DNA of 64,000 nt from Thermoplasmatota archaeon (GTDB lineage Archaea; Thermoplasmatota; JAKEGO01). This document shows positions 8,958 through 17,750 of this stretch, piece by piece. Position numbers and translations under genes: made by a program. Position 1 is the stretch's first letter. The number at the start of each line of letters is the position of its first letter. The notes beneath the pieces are model-generated. The model worked only from the letters and a program-made list of their open reading frames with translations. It had not been told where the DNA came from and searched no databases. The stretch lies in the NCBI GenBank assembly GCA_028279595.1, contig JANQNK010000003.1, forward strand, positions 128,001 through 192,000. Reading direction: 5' to 3'.

Positions 8958-10310
8958 TCACTTCGAAGCAACAGCGACGGCCTCGTCGAAGACGTCCATG
9001 GCTGCGGTGACCTCTTCCTCGTTTATCACGAGTGGGGGAATAAATCTGATGGCAGAGCGGCCGCACGGGAGCAGGATGAGTCCGCGCTTGTACGACTCCT
9101 CGACTATCCTGTTCCTGAGGTCGGCGGCGTACTCCTTCGTCTCGGTGTCCTTGACGAACTCTGCCGCGATCATGAGGCCCAGTCCGCGGACGTCGCCGAT
9201 CTTCGGGAAGCGTTCCTGGAGCTCCGTCAGTCTCTGCATGATGAGCTTCCCCTGGACGATGGCGTTGTCGCAGAGGTTCTCCTCCTGGATCACGTCGATG
9301 GTCGCCTCCGCAGCGGCGCTGGCAACGAGGTTTCCGCCGTAGGTGTTGGAGTGCGCTCCCTGCACGCCGAAGTCCATCTCGGCCCTAGCGGCGACGGCTC
9401 CGATGGGCATTCCGGAACCCATCCCCTTCGCCATGGTAACGAGGTCTGGTACGAACCCGAAGTTCTCGGACGCGAACATCTTTCCAGTGCGACCGAAGCC
9501 AGCCTGCACCTCGTCCGCAACGGTCGGTATGCCGCGGTCCGCTGCGAGCCTCTGGAGTGCTGGCAGGAAGTCGTCCGGCGGGATGACGTAGCCGCCCTCT
9601 CCCTGCACCGGCTCGACGAATATGCTGGCGACCTGGTCCACCATGTATGCGTCCAGGTGCTTCTCGATGAGGTCTATCGTGAAGGTCGTGAGGTCCTCGG
9701 TGTCCACACCGGCGACCGGCCTGTATCGGTTCGGATACGGGACGTGGACGACGCCGGGCATCCACGGGAAGAACCTGTCCTTGTGGACCGGCTTGCTTGC
9801 CGTCAGACCCAGCGAACCCATGGTCCGGCCGTGGAAGGCGCCCACGAACGCGATGTGGTGCTGTCTCTGGGTGTGCCACCTCGTGATCTTGATGGCAGCC
9901 TCGACCGACTCGGTCCCGGAGTTCGTGAAGAAGATCTTCTTGTCGTGGTCCCCGGGTGCGATGTCGACGAGCTTCCTCGCCAGGGAGACCTGGGCGTCGT
10001 AATAGAAGTCCGTACCTGCGAAATGATGAAGCTTCTTGGCCTGCTCGGTGATAGCCTCTACCACCCTCGGGTGGCAGTGACCGGTGTTCGTGACGCCGAT
10101 ACCGCTGGTGAAATCGATGTACACGTTGCCGTCAACGTCCTCGACCATCGAACCCTCTCCGCGGACTCCGACGATCGGCGATGTCTTCGTGCTGGTCATC
10201 AGGAACTCATGGTCGCCATCCACGATGGCCTGGGCCTTTGTTCCCGGAGGTGTCGTTACGATATCTGGGCCTTTCAAATTCTCACCGCCCGGCGATACCG
10301 GAGTCCCCAT
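8958..10310 (-). CDS. Class III PLP aminotransferase (ornithine/4-aminobutyrate type)
   Basis: NSGTES, FHGRT, EPVQGEGG, DEVQAGFGRTG, AKGMG, HSNTYGGN. Confidence 0.93.
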   Translation of the reverse strand: MGTPVSPGGENLKGPDIVTTPPGTKAQAIVDGDHEFLMTSTKTSPIVGVRGEGSMVEDVDGNVYIDFTSGIGVTNTGHCHPRVVEAITEQAKKLHHFAGTDFYYDAQVSLARKLVDIAPGDHDKKIFFTNSGTESVEAAIKITRWHTQRQHHIAFVGAFHGRTMGSLGLTASKPVHKDRFFPWMPGVVHVPYPNRYRPVAGVDTEDLTTFTIDLIEKHLDAYMVDQVASIFVEPVQGEGGYVIPPDDFLPALQRLAADRGIPTVADEVQAGFGRTGKMFASENFGFVPDLVTMAKGMGSGMPIGAVAARAEMDFGVQGAHSNTYGGNLVASAAAEATIDVIQEENLCDNAIVQGKLIMQRLTELQERFPKIGDVRGLGLMIAAEFVKDTETKEYAADLRNRIVEESYKRGLILLPCGRSAIRFIPPLVINEEEVTAAMDVFDEAVAVASK

Positions 10311-10365
10311 TTAAGGCTTGTGGAAAGACTGCTGGGATGGTCGACGATGGACGACGATATTTCCC

Positions 10366-11304
10366 CTAGATCCGCTCCCCCGAACGTCCTAGTATGGACG
10401 CTGCGATCACGTCCTTCTCCCTGACCACTGCACCCGGCGAAACGATGGCGGAATCGACCACCGCACCATCGCCGACGACCGCACCCTCGAGGATGGCGCA
10501 ATTGCGTATCCGGCATCCCTTTCCGATCCTCGCGCCCTTGCCAACGTCCACCGGTGCAGTGAGTTCGCTCTCCACCGAGGCATCCGGAGCCACGAGGACG
10601 GGTTCAGAGATCTCACCTCTCGAAACCCGCCTTTCCAGGAGATCGTTCATTGCGAGAAGGTAGGAGGGAAGGGTGCCGACATCGGTCCACAGTCCATCGA
10701 ACCGGAAGCCGAAAAGGCCGTGCTCCACGGCCTTGGGGAAGACCTCCCTTTCGATGGAGACCTTTCCCTCCGGGATCATGTCCAGGATCTCGGGTCCCAG
10801 GACGTACATTCCCGCGTTGATCAGGTTCGTCGGCGGGTCCGGGGGCTTCTCTACGAAGCTGGTGATCCTGTCCCCGTCCATGTCCACGACGCCGAACCTG
10901 GTAGGGTCCTCGACCTCCCTGAGGGCGATGGTCCCGATCCCTTCGTTCGCATGGTGGAAATCGATCATCGCCTTCGAATCGAGGTCGGAGATGATGTCGC
11001 CGTTGAAGACCATGAACTCCTCGTCGAGGTGCTCGGCGCAGTTCTTGATGGCGCCACCGGTCCCCAGGGGCTCCTCCTCGTCGACGAATATGAAGCGGTC
11101 CGAGTCCTCGCGGGACTCGAGGTAGGACCTGATCTCCTCTCCAGAATAGGAAAGGGTGAAGACGACCTCGGCGTCATGTGGAGCGACGTCGAGGAGGTAA
11201 TCGATTATCGGTCGCCCAGCGAGAGGGACGAGCGGTTTCGGCACGGTCTCGGTCAGTGGAAGGAGCCGGGTGCCGAAGCCTCCGACGAGCATCAGGACCT
11301 TCAT
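10366..11304 (-). CDS. NDP-sugar synthase (mannose-1-phosphate guanylyltransferase-like)
   Basis: GGFGTRLLPLT...PKPL, EPLGTGG, NGDI, EKP; C-terminal hexapeptide repeats. Confidence 0.92.
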   Translation of the reverse strand: MKVLMLVGGFGTRLLPLTETVPKPLVPLAGRPIIDYLLDVAPHDAEVVFTLSYSGEEIRSYLESREDSDRFIFVDEEEPLGTGGAIKNCAEHLDEEFMVFNGDIISDLDSKAMIDFHHANEGIGTIALREVEDPTRFGVVDMDGDRITSFVEKPPDPPTNLINAGMYVLGPEILDMIPEGKVSIEREVFPKAVEHGLFGFRFDGLWTDVGTLPSYLLAMNDLLERRVSRGEISEPVLVAPDASVESELTAPVDVGKGARIGKGCRIRNCAILEGAVVGDGAVVDSAIVSPGAVVREKDVIAASILGRSGERI

Positions 11305-11394
11305 GTGGTATCGATATCGTCTCCGTTATTTAAGGCTCTCCCGGTCTCTCCCATATGGGGGGTCGATGTTCTAGAAAATGAGCCCCTGGCTCGT

Positions 11395-12057
11395 TCACTC
11401 TATGAGGTCCAGCGCCGATTCGATCCGGTTGAGTTCGACCCCGGTCGTCGGCGTCCCTGTCGCCGCTCCCGCGTCGTTCGCCACTATAGCCGAACCGAGC
11501 ATCGGTGAGCCGAAGTTCGCGGTCCCGAACTCGATCTCGAGTCCGAATACTTCCTCGAGCACAGCGACCTCGCGGGCATCGGTCTTGGGATGGCAGAGTA
11601 TGCCCTTCGAATTGAGGACTGCCGCTGAACCCACGGTCTTCAGACCACCGACCGTTCCGGCGGTCATCTCGACCCCGAGGTGGTCTGCCATGTCCTTGAG
11701 GATACGCTTCGGGTACTTTGGATTGGCGAGGGCGGTGGCTGGCCCCAGAAGGACATTGTTCCCGACCGCGTTCAACCTGTCATGAAGTACCATGACGTTG
11801 AAGGTCTCGCGCAGTCTGGCCAGTTCCTCCGATTCGATGATGTTCGAGACGATCATCCCATCGTCGTTGGCTATGCACAATGCACCGATTACGGTCATGC
11901 CGCCGATGGTGGCCTTCTGGACCTCGACGCTCAACGCTTCCGATATCTCGTCCACTCTGGAATCCGAAAAGTTGGGTGAAACGATGCACGACGAATTGTC
12001 GGCCACGGCAAGCGTGCCGAGGTTCGGGTTGCCGTTGACGTCCAGCCTGATGAGCAT
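11395..12057 (-). CDS. eif6: Translation initiation factor 6 (aIF6)
   Basis: GTANFGS...VAND.GA..G..TTG.EL.RIE; conserved position after rpl31e. Confidence 0.96.
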   Translation of the reverse strand: MLIRLDVNGNPNLGTLAVADNSSCIVSPNFSDSRVDEISEALSVEVQKATIGGMTVIGALCIANDDGMIVSNIIESEELARLRETFNVMVLHDRLNAVGNNVLLGPATALANPKYPKRILKDMADHLGVEMTAGTVGGLKTVGSAAVLNSKGILCHPKTDAREVAVLEEVFGLEIEFGTANFGSPMLGSAIVANDAGAATGTPTTGVELNRIESALDLIE

Positions 12058-12072
12058 GGGTAGTCCGCCCGA

Positions 12073-12348
12073 TCACTCCTCCGGGAGCGTGATCTCGACG
12101 TAACCGCCTTCTTCGGGGAACTTGGTGACCTTGACCCTGATCTTTGAGGGGATCTTCGACGATCCCCTGGACCAGATGTGTTCATTGACCTTGTCATCGA
12201 TCCAGATCGAGTCCTCGTCGACCTTCATGTGCTTGGAAACGAACGATCTGATGACCTTCATCGATCTGGGGGCCCTCTTCCATCTGGGGCTGTCCCTCAT
12301 CGCTCGCAGCGGGATCGTGTATATCCTCTCGATCTCCTCGTCTGCCAT
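12073..12348 (-). CDS. rpl31e: 50S ribosomal protein L31e
   Basis: ERIYTIPLR...KRAPR...NE.IWSRG. Confidence 0.97.
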   Translation of the reverse strand: MADEEIERIYTIPLRAMRDSPRWKRAPRSMKVIRSFVSKHMKVDEDSIWIDDKVNEHIWSRGSSKIPSKIRVKVTKFPEEGGYVEITLPEE

Positions 12349-12352
12349 GGGA

Positions 12353-12508
12353 TCATCTCTTCAACTTGGACCTGCGCCAGTTCCTGCGCTTCGGGTGGTC
12401 CATGAACCGCCTGTTCGTCCGCATGACCACCCATGCGGGCACGCGTCTGTTGCTACGCATCGCCCTGAGCAGCCTGTTCTTCTTGCCACATGGCTTGTTC
12501 CGCGCCAT
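12353..12508 (-). CDS. rpl39e: 50S ribosomal protein L39e
   Basis: Hand translation [31 protein letters not shown]...[14 protein letters not shown] (51 aa, below ORF-track cutoff). Confidence 0.96.
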   Translation of the reverse strand: MARNKPCGKKNRLLRAMRSNRRVPAWVVMRTNRRFMDHPKRRNWRRSKLKR

Positions 12509-12517
12509 TTGATCGCC

Positions 12518-12856
12518 TCACACTCGTTTGATTGTGATCTCCCGCTTCCGTCCCTGCAGCTGACCGAGGATGGTCTTCAGGACCTCGTCCGTCACCGGCA
12601 CGGGGATCCTCCCGGCCTGGACGAGGATTATGACCTGGTCCTCGATGTTCGCAGCGAACTCGGGCTTCGCCATTCGTATGTTCGCAAGCCGCGATCGGGC
12701 CTCGGGAGTGAATATCTGCCTCAGGAGCGCCTCGCGCTGAGCGCGCATCTGCTCCTCCTGGGCCTGTTCCATCCCGGCCTCCTCGGCCTGGGCCTGCGCC
12801 TGGAGCTCGAGCATCCGTCTCTGTCTCAATGCTTCGAGCTCGTCGTCCTCCATCAC
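12518..12856 (-). CDS. PDCD5/TFAR19-family DNA-binding protein
   Basis: ELEALRQRRMLELQ...TPEARSRLANIRMAKPE. Confidence 0.95.
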   Translation of the reverse strand: MMEDDELEALRQRRMLELQAQAQAEEAGMEQAQEEQMRAQREALLRQIFTPEARSRLANIRMAKPEFAANIEDQVIILVQAGRIPVPVTDEVLKTILGQLQGRKREITIKRV

Positions 12857-13647
12857 TCCTCCTCTCCCTTCTCGGGCTCTTCGGAGGGCTCTGGCTCTTC
12901 GACCGCCGCTTCCTCGGCGGGGGCTTCCTCGACGGGTCCTGGCTCCTCCGCAGGGGTCTCTTCGACGGTCTCCTCGACCTTCTCGGATTCCTCAGCTGGG
13001 GCCTCCTCGACCTTCTCGGGTTCCTCGGCGGGAGCTTCCTCCGCGGGTGCCTCCACGGTCTCTTCGGCAGGCGCTTCGGGCGCAGGCTCCTCTGCAGGAG
13101 CTTCCTCTGCGGCCGCCTCTTCGGCTGCGGCTTCCTCGGCAGCGGCCTTCTCGGCCTCCTTGCGCGCCTTCTCCGCCGCCTTCCTCGCCTTCTTCCGTGC
13201 CTTCTCCTCCTCCTTGCGGATGAGCGCCAGTTCGGTCTCGACCTCGTGGGCGGCGGAGTCCATGAGCTTCATGCCGGCACCGGTGAGCTTGCGCCCCCTG
13301 ATCCCGGCCTTCTCTATCAGACCCGCTCCCTCGAGCTGCTGGAAGGCGTGCCGAGTGATGGAGCGGCTGCCCTTCTTGGCCTTGTTGGGCTTGACGCCCC
13401 TGTCGGCCTTCCCACCGAACATGGACGACACGCGCTCGATGCCTATCGGTCCGTGTACGTAGACCTTCCGCATGACCGCTCCCAGCCTTACGTGCCACCA
13501 TTCCTCCTGGGTCGGAGGCCTCTCCTTGTGAATGCCGGTCTTCACGAACAGAGCCCAGTCTGGCTGTGCGCATTCCGGCATCTCCCGAAGCTTCGTGGCC
13601 ACGTTCTGGATCAGCGGCTCAGGCGGTACATCGTACACCGTCGTCAT
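12853..13647 (-). CDS. rps19e: 30S ribosomal protein S19e with long acidic C-terminal extension
   Basis: MTTVYDVP...P.WA.FVKTG.HKERPP core; about 120 extra aa of K-rich then EEAPAEE-type repeats. Confidence 0.96.
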   Translation of the reverse strand: MTTVYDVPPEPLIQNVATKLREMPECAQPDWALFVKTGIHKERPPTQEEWWHVRLGAVMRKVYVHGPIGIERVSSMFGGKADRGVKPNKAKKGSRSITRHAFQQLEGAGLIEKAGIRGRKLTGAGMKLMDSAAHEVETELALIRKEEEKARKKARKAAEKARKEAEKAAAEEAAAEEAAAEEAPAEEPAPEAPAEETVEAPAEEAPAEEPEKVEEAPAEESEKVEETVEETPAEEPGPVEEAPAEEAAVEEPEPSEEPEKGEEE

Positions 13648-13800
13648 CTTCTGGTCACTCTCCCGCTAGTCGGAGGGGTAGTCCGTGCGATAATGTTCGT
13701 AGTTATAAAGGTTATGGATGAACAGGATGGCTGATTTATACTACTGGATGCAGCCGATAACTTATTAATCGCCACATCATATGAATTATCGGGCCAAAAG

Positions 13801-14655
13801 ATGAGAGCGAGGGGACCAAAGCACCGAGCCCGCATCATTGTACTAGTTTCGATGTTCGCCCTGATCCTCATTGCCATCCCGGTAGCAGACGGGAATCCAG
13901 TTCCCTATTATCCAACCTTCACAGCAAAGGACGGCAATCCGATCCCAGCTGTCAACGATACCGACGTCTATCTGGCAGAGGAACTGTTGATATTCACATT
14001 CTCATCCAAGAGCGTCGATGTCCAGGCTGAATATCTATTTCGAAACGACGGTCCATACCATGTCAATCTCTCGATATTCCTTCCCTTCAATGACACTGCC
14101 ACTGTATTCGACCTCAAGGTCGACGGGATCGACCACTCATATCAGGAGTACCAGATGGATCTGCACCGATACTACTGGTGGGGGAGTGGACGCAGCTATC
14201 ACGGTGTCCTCTTCGGTGTCTCCTTCGGACCGCACGGATCCCGTAACGTAAGCATTGGATATCAACGCGAGTTGCATGTTTCATACGACTACGAGGACAA
14301 TGACAAACTGCATCATTCGTTCAACTACATGGTATGGACGACCAAGTACTGGAACCACTCCATCGATCGTGCACGGTTCGAATTCTGGTTACCCAGGTCT
14401 CTCTACGAGGAAATAGACTATTACGACTTCAATAGCTCATATGAATCGGGAAAATATACCGTTCTCGTCGAAGAATACGAGGATTGGTCCCCGTCCGATT
14501 ATTACGGTGAGGTAGGAATAAACTGGTGGAGATTCCGTCCTGAAGAACCTGACGTGATCCCGCAGATATTCCTGATCGGTCTCGGATCAATTGCAGCCGT
14601 CATAGTGTTCTTCGGGTCCTGGGAGTACCTGGACCGTCGAAAATCAAGGAAATGA
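13801..14655 (+). CDS. Secreted, membrane-anchored hypothetical protein (DUF4424-like)
   Basis: Signal peptide, V.L.EE.L, Y.F.N, YMVWTTKYW..SID pattern, C-terminal TM plus basic tail. Confidence 0.65.
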   Translation: MRARGPKHRARIIVLVSMFALILIAIPVADGNPVPYYPTFTAKDGNPIPAVNDTDVYLAEELLIFTFSSKSVDVQAEYLFRNDGPYHVNLSIFLPFNDTATVFDLKVDGIDHSYQEYQMDLHRYYWWGSGRSYHGVLFGVSFGPHGSRNVSIGYQRELHVSYDYEDNDKLHHSFNYMVWTTKYWNHSIDRARFEFWLPRSLYEEIDYYDFNSSYESGKYTVLVEEYEDWSPSDYYGEVGINWWRFRPEEPDVIPQIFLIGLGSIAAVIVFFGSWEYLDRRKSRK

Positions 14656-14665
14656 CAGTTCACCG

Positions 14666-15334
14666 TCACTTCTTCTTCTTGTCCTTCTCTTCCTCTTCCT
14701 TGATCGGCTCGGCGTCGATCGGTTCCGCTCCGGGCAGTTCGACGACCTCCTCGACCTCCATGACGGCGGAGTACATCTCGGCGTAGTCCTTGAGGATCTC
14801 GATGGAGATCTGGCCGATCTCGGCCTTCCTGGCCCTCCAGGCGTCTTCAAGGTCCACTATCGGGCCGATGGCGCTCGTCCTGTAGAATTCGAAGAGGAGG
14901 ATCCTGAAGAGCTGGGCCCTCACGACGTCCGTAGGGACCGTGGTGAAGGACCTTCCCGCCTCGAGGTAGTCCCTTCCGATCTCCCTGGCGACCCGCTCGA
15001 CGTCGAGCCCGTTCGCGAACGTGCTGTCGAAGGTGAAGTTGAACTTGGGGAATATGGTGGAGAACGTGTCCATGTGTATCTCCATGAGCCTTCCGAAGTC
15101 ACGGAACACCTGCGGTACGGTCGCACCACGATCGACAGGGAGGATCGGCATCCCGTCCGCCGGTCTTCCGATGTCGACCTGTTCGATGAGGACCCTTCCG
15201 AGGGCGACCTCGACCGATCGGTGTATCGTCCCGTAGAAGATCTTGCTCAGGGGCATGCCCGTCTCGTCGGAAATGAAATCCATCGCCTGCTTCTCCCTCA
15301 CGGGGACCATCAGTCCGAACATAGCGCGTTCCAT
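14666..15334 (-). CDS. Hypothetical protein, possible N-terminal ribbon-helix-helix
   Basis: Long ORF with host-like codon usage; FGLMVP...ISDETGMPLSKIF pattern. Confidence 0.6.
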   Translation of the reverse strand: MERAMFGLMVPVREKQAMDFISDETGMPLSKIFYGTIHRSVEVALGRVLIEQVDIGRPADGMPILPVDRGATVPQVFRDFGRLMEIHMDTFSTIFPKFNFTFDSTFANGLDVERVAREIGRDYLEAGRSFTTVPTDVVRAQLFRILLFEFYRTSAIGPIVDLEDAWRARKAEIGQISIEILKDYAEMYSAVMEVEEVVELPGAEPIDAEPIKEEEEKDKKKK

Positions 15335-15403
15335 GGGTACCACTTTGAAATTTCTTTAAAAGAATTATAAACAACTGGGATTTATAATTTGCGTCTTCCA
15401 CCA

Positions 15404-16624
15404 TCAGAGCTCGTACGTCCTCCCCTCCTCGGGGAGGAGTATGTTGTAGTCCTGAAGGTCGTCGGCGAGCACCTGCCTGCTGTCACCGTGCATGAGCACG
15501 ATCAGTTCCGGGTCGCACTTCTGGGCGAACTCGACCAGTTCGGTGTGCCCCGCGTGCGCGGAGAAGTCGTACTGCACGACCTCCGCCTCCACCGGGACCT
15601 TCGCTCCGGCTATGTTGAGTGCGTGCTCGTCGAGCAGCCGCCGCCCGTTCGTCCCCTCGACCTGGTATCCGGTCAGCAGTATGGCGTTGTCCTTCGAGTT
15701 GAGCCTGTTGGTGTACTCGAGAACGGGTCCGCCGTCCAGCATTCCGCTGGTCGTGACGATGACGTCTCCCCGGAGGGCCTTCTTCCTGTCGCTCGGCCTG
15801 ACGATCTGGCGGACCTCCCGCATGGCCCTCTTGAGCTCCTTCGGTTCGTGGAGGAACCTGGGATGCTCCATGTACATCTCGGCCACCGCCCGGCCCATGC
15901 CGTCGACCCAGATCTCGAGGTCCATGTGGTAGAGCATCATCAGGACCTCCTGGGTCCGTCCGACAGCGAACACAGGAACGATCGCCGTGCCCCCCCTCTC
16001 TATGACCTCCTCGATCTTGTCGATGAACTCCCCGATCAGCTGCCTGCGGTCGGGGTGGTCCCTGCCTCCGTAGGTGGATTCGAGCATGAGGACGTCGGTG
16101 TGCACGGGCTCCGCACTGCCGACCAGGAGGGAGTCCGTAGCGCTGATGTCGCCGGTGAAAAGAAACTCCCTGTCGCCCTCGACCCTGAACATCGTCGCTC
16201 CGGGTATGTGCCCGGCTGTGATGGCCTCGATCTCCATCCCGTTCCAGCCCCGTGTCTCCCCGAAGATCATCGGATCGTACAGGTCCCAGGCGATCTCGGG
16301 GGCACCCTTCCTGAAAGGAGGGTCGTAACCCTCGGCATCGGCGATCTTCTGGCTGTCGCCCGCGAGCAGGTCGCTCACCACGGCCGTGGGTTCGGTGGCC
16401 CAGATGGGCATGCCATACCTGTCCGCCACCCAGGGGATCATACCAGAGTGGTCGAGGTGGGCATGGGATAGAAGTGTCAGATCGACCTTCGGAGCTGGTT
16501 CCGGGACCTTCGGAGGATTGGACGGCAACATGCCGTAATCGAAAAGAGCTGACCTCCCGCCTTCGGAGAGTATCATTCCGAGGCGGCCGACCTCGCTCGC
16601 GCCCCCGAGGAACCGTATATCCAT
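15404..16624 (-). CDS. MBL-fold beta-CASP ribonuclease (aCPSF2-like)
   Basis: LGGASEVGR, SHAHLDHSG, AGHIPG, ESTYG, FAVGRTQE, FSAH. Confidence 0.93.
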   Translation of the reverse strand: MDIRFLGGASEVGRLGMILSEGGRSALFDYGMLPSNPPKVPEPAPKVDLTLLSHAHLDHSGMIPWVADRYGMPIWATEPTAVVSDLLAGDSQKIADAEGYDPPFRKGAPEIAWDLYDPMIFGETRGWNGMEIEAITAGHIPGATMFRVEGDREFLFTGDISATDSLLVGSAEPVHTDVLMLESTYGGRDHPDRRQLIGEFIDKIEEVIERGGTAIVPVFAVGRTQEVLMMLYHMDLEIWVDGMGRAVAEMYMEHPRFLHEPKELKRAMREVRQIVRPSDRKKALRGDVIVTTSGMLDGGPVLEYTNRLNSKDNAILLTGYQVEGTNGRRLLDEHALNIAGAKVPVEAEVVQYDFSAHAGHTELVEFAQKCDPELIVLMHGDSRQVLADDLQDYNILLPEEGRTYEL

Positions 16625-16635
16625 TCGCAGCCGTC

Positions 16636-17001
16636 CTAGAGGAACTTGGCGAACTGTTCCTCGAAGGCTGCCTTCGGCATCGCCCCGACGAGCCTGTCCG
16701 CGTATTCCCCGTCCTTGAATATGAGAAGTGTCGGGATGCTCATGATGCGGTGCTTCATCGCGATGCCCGTGCTCTCATCCGTGTTGAGCTTCGCGAAGGC
16801 TATCCTGCCCTTGTAATCGCCCGCCAGCTCGTGTATCGTGGGGGCTATCATCTTGCACGGGCCGCACCAGGGTGCCCAGCAGTCGATGACGGCAACAGGG
16901 AACTTCTTGACGAACTCCTCGAAGTTGGCATCATTCACCTCGACCGGCAGGTCTGGCGCGTCGTCGCCCAGATCGCTGAACTGTATCACGTCATCAACCA
17001 T
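16636..17001 (-). CDS. trxA: Thioredoxin
   Basis: WAPWCGPC, SIPT. Confidence 0.96.
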   Translation of the reverse strand: MVDDVIQFSDLGDDAPDLPVEVNDANFEEFVKKFPVAVIDCWAPWCGPCKMIAPTIHELAGDYKGRIAFAKLNTDESTGIAMKHRIMSIPTLLIFKDGEYADRLVGAMPKAAFEEQFAKFL

Positions 17002-17059
17002 GGTTCTCACCGGATTTCCATCAAATCCATGACGTATAAAAAGGTATCCCCTGGGGTGC

Positions 17060-17653
17060 CTATCGGTCGCGCTCGCCCTTGAATCCCTTGGCGACGATGT
17101 AGACCTCAGAGCTCGCCTTCCTCGATGCCTCTGGCGAGTGGCATTTCACGTTGGAGAAGGCCGACCTGTACTCGGCCAGGAGGTCCGGGAACATGTCTCC
17201 CTGGAAGACCTTGACCACGGAACAGCCGCCCTTTCGAAGGACCCGCTTCGAGACCTTGAGCGCCCACTCCGCCATGTGGACGGACCTCGCCTGGTCCATG
17301 CTGTAATGTCCGGTTATGTCCGGTGACATGTCCGAAAGTACGACGTCCACCTCTTCGCTCCAGTCCGCGACCTGTCTCAGGAACTCCTTGGACGTGACGT
17401 CCGCCCGGATGAAGACGACGCCGTCCACCGCCTCCATGCCCCTGATGTCCGCGGCGAGTACGTTTCCCGGACCGGCGAGCTCGACCGCGACCTGGGACCA
17501 GCCACCAGGAGCGGCTCCGAGGTCCACGACCCTGTCGTCGCGCCTTATCACCTTGAACTTCCTGTCGATCTGCTTCAGCTTGTAGGTGGCCCTCGATCGG
17601 TAGCCTTCAGCCTTCGCCTTCCGGTAGTATCCGTCCTTCTTGTCGTAGGACAT
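17060..17653 (-). CDS. rlmE: 23S rRNA Um2552 2'-O-methyltransferase RlmE/FtsJ
   Basis: GYRSRA.YKL, DLGAAPGGWSQ, SDMSP, KVFQG, SSEVY. Confidence 0.96.
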   Translation of the reverse strand: MSYDKKDGYYRKAKAEGYRSRATYKLKQIDRKFKVIRRDDRVVDLGAAPGGWSQVAVELAGPGNVLAADIRGMEAVDGVVFIRADVTSKEFLRQVADWSEEVDVVLSDMSPDITGHYSMDQARSVHMAEWALKVSKRVLRKGGCSVVKVFQGDMFPDLLAEYRSAFSNVKCHSPEASRKASSEVYIVAKGFKGERDR

Positions 17654-17750
17654 CGTATTCCGAGTCCGGAGCCCGATTATAAATGTTTGTCAGGTCCACG
17701 ACAGTGATCGAAGGTCCCGATTTGGACCGAAGACCGTTCACTCGACTCCC

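Noticed and set aside
12122-13734. Long + strand ORFs (446 and 301 aa) over the ribosomal operon, and similar antisense ORFs throughout
   Set aside because: Shadow frames of GC-rich, codon-biased real genes on the opposite strand
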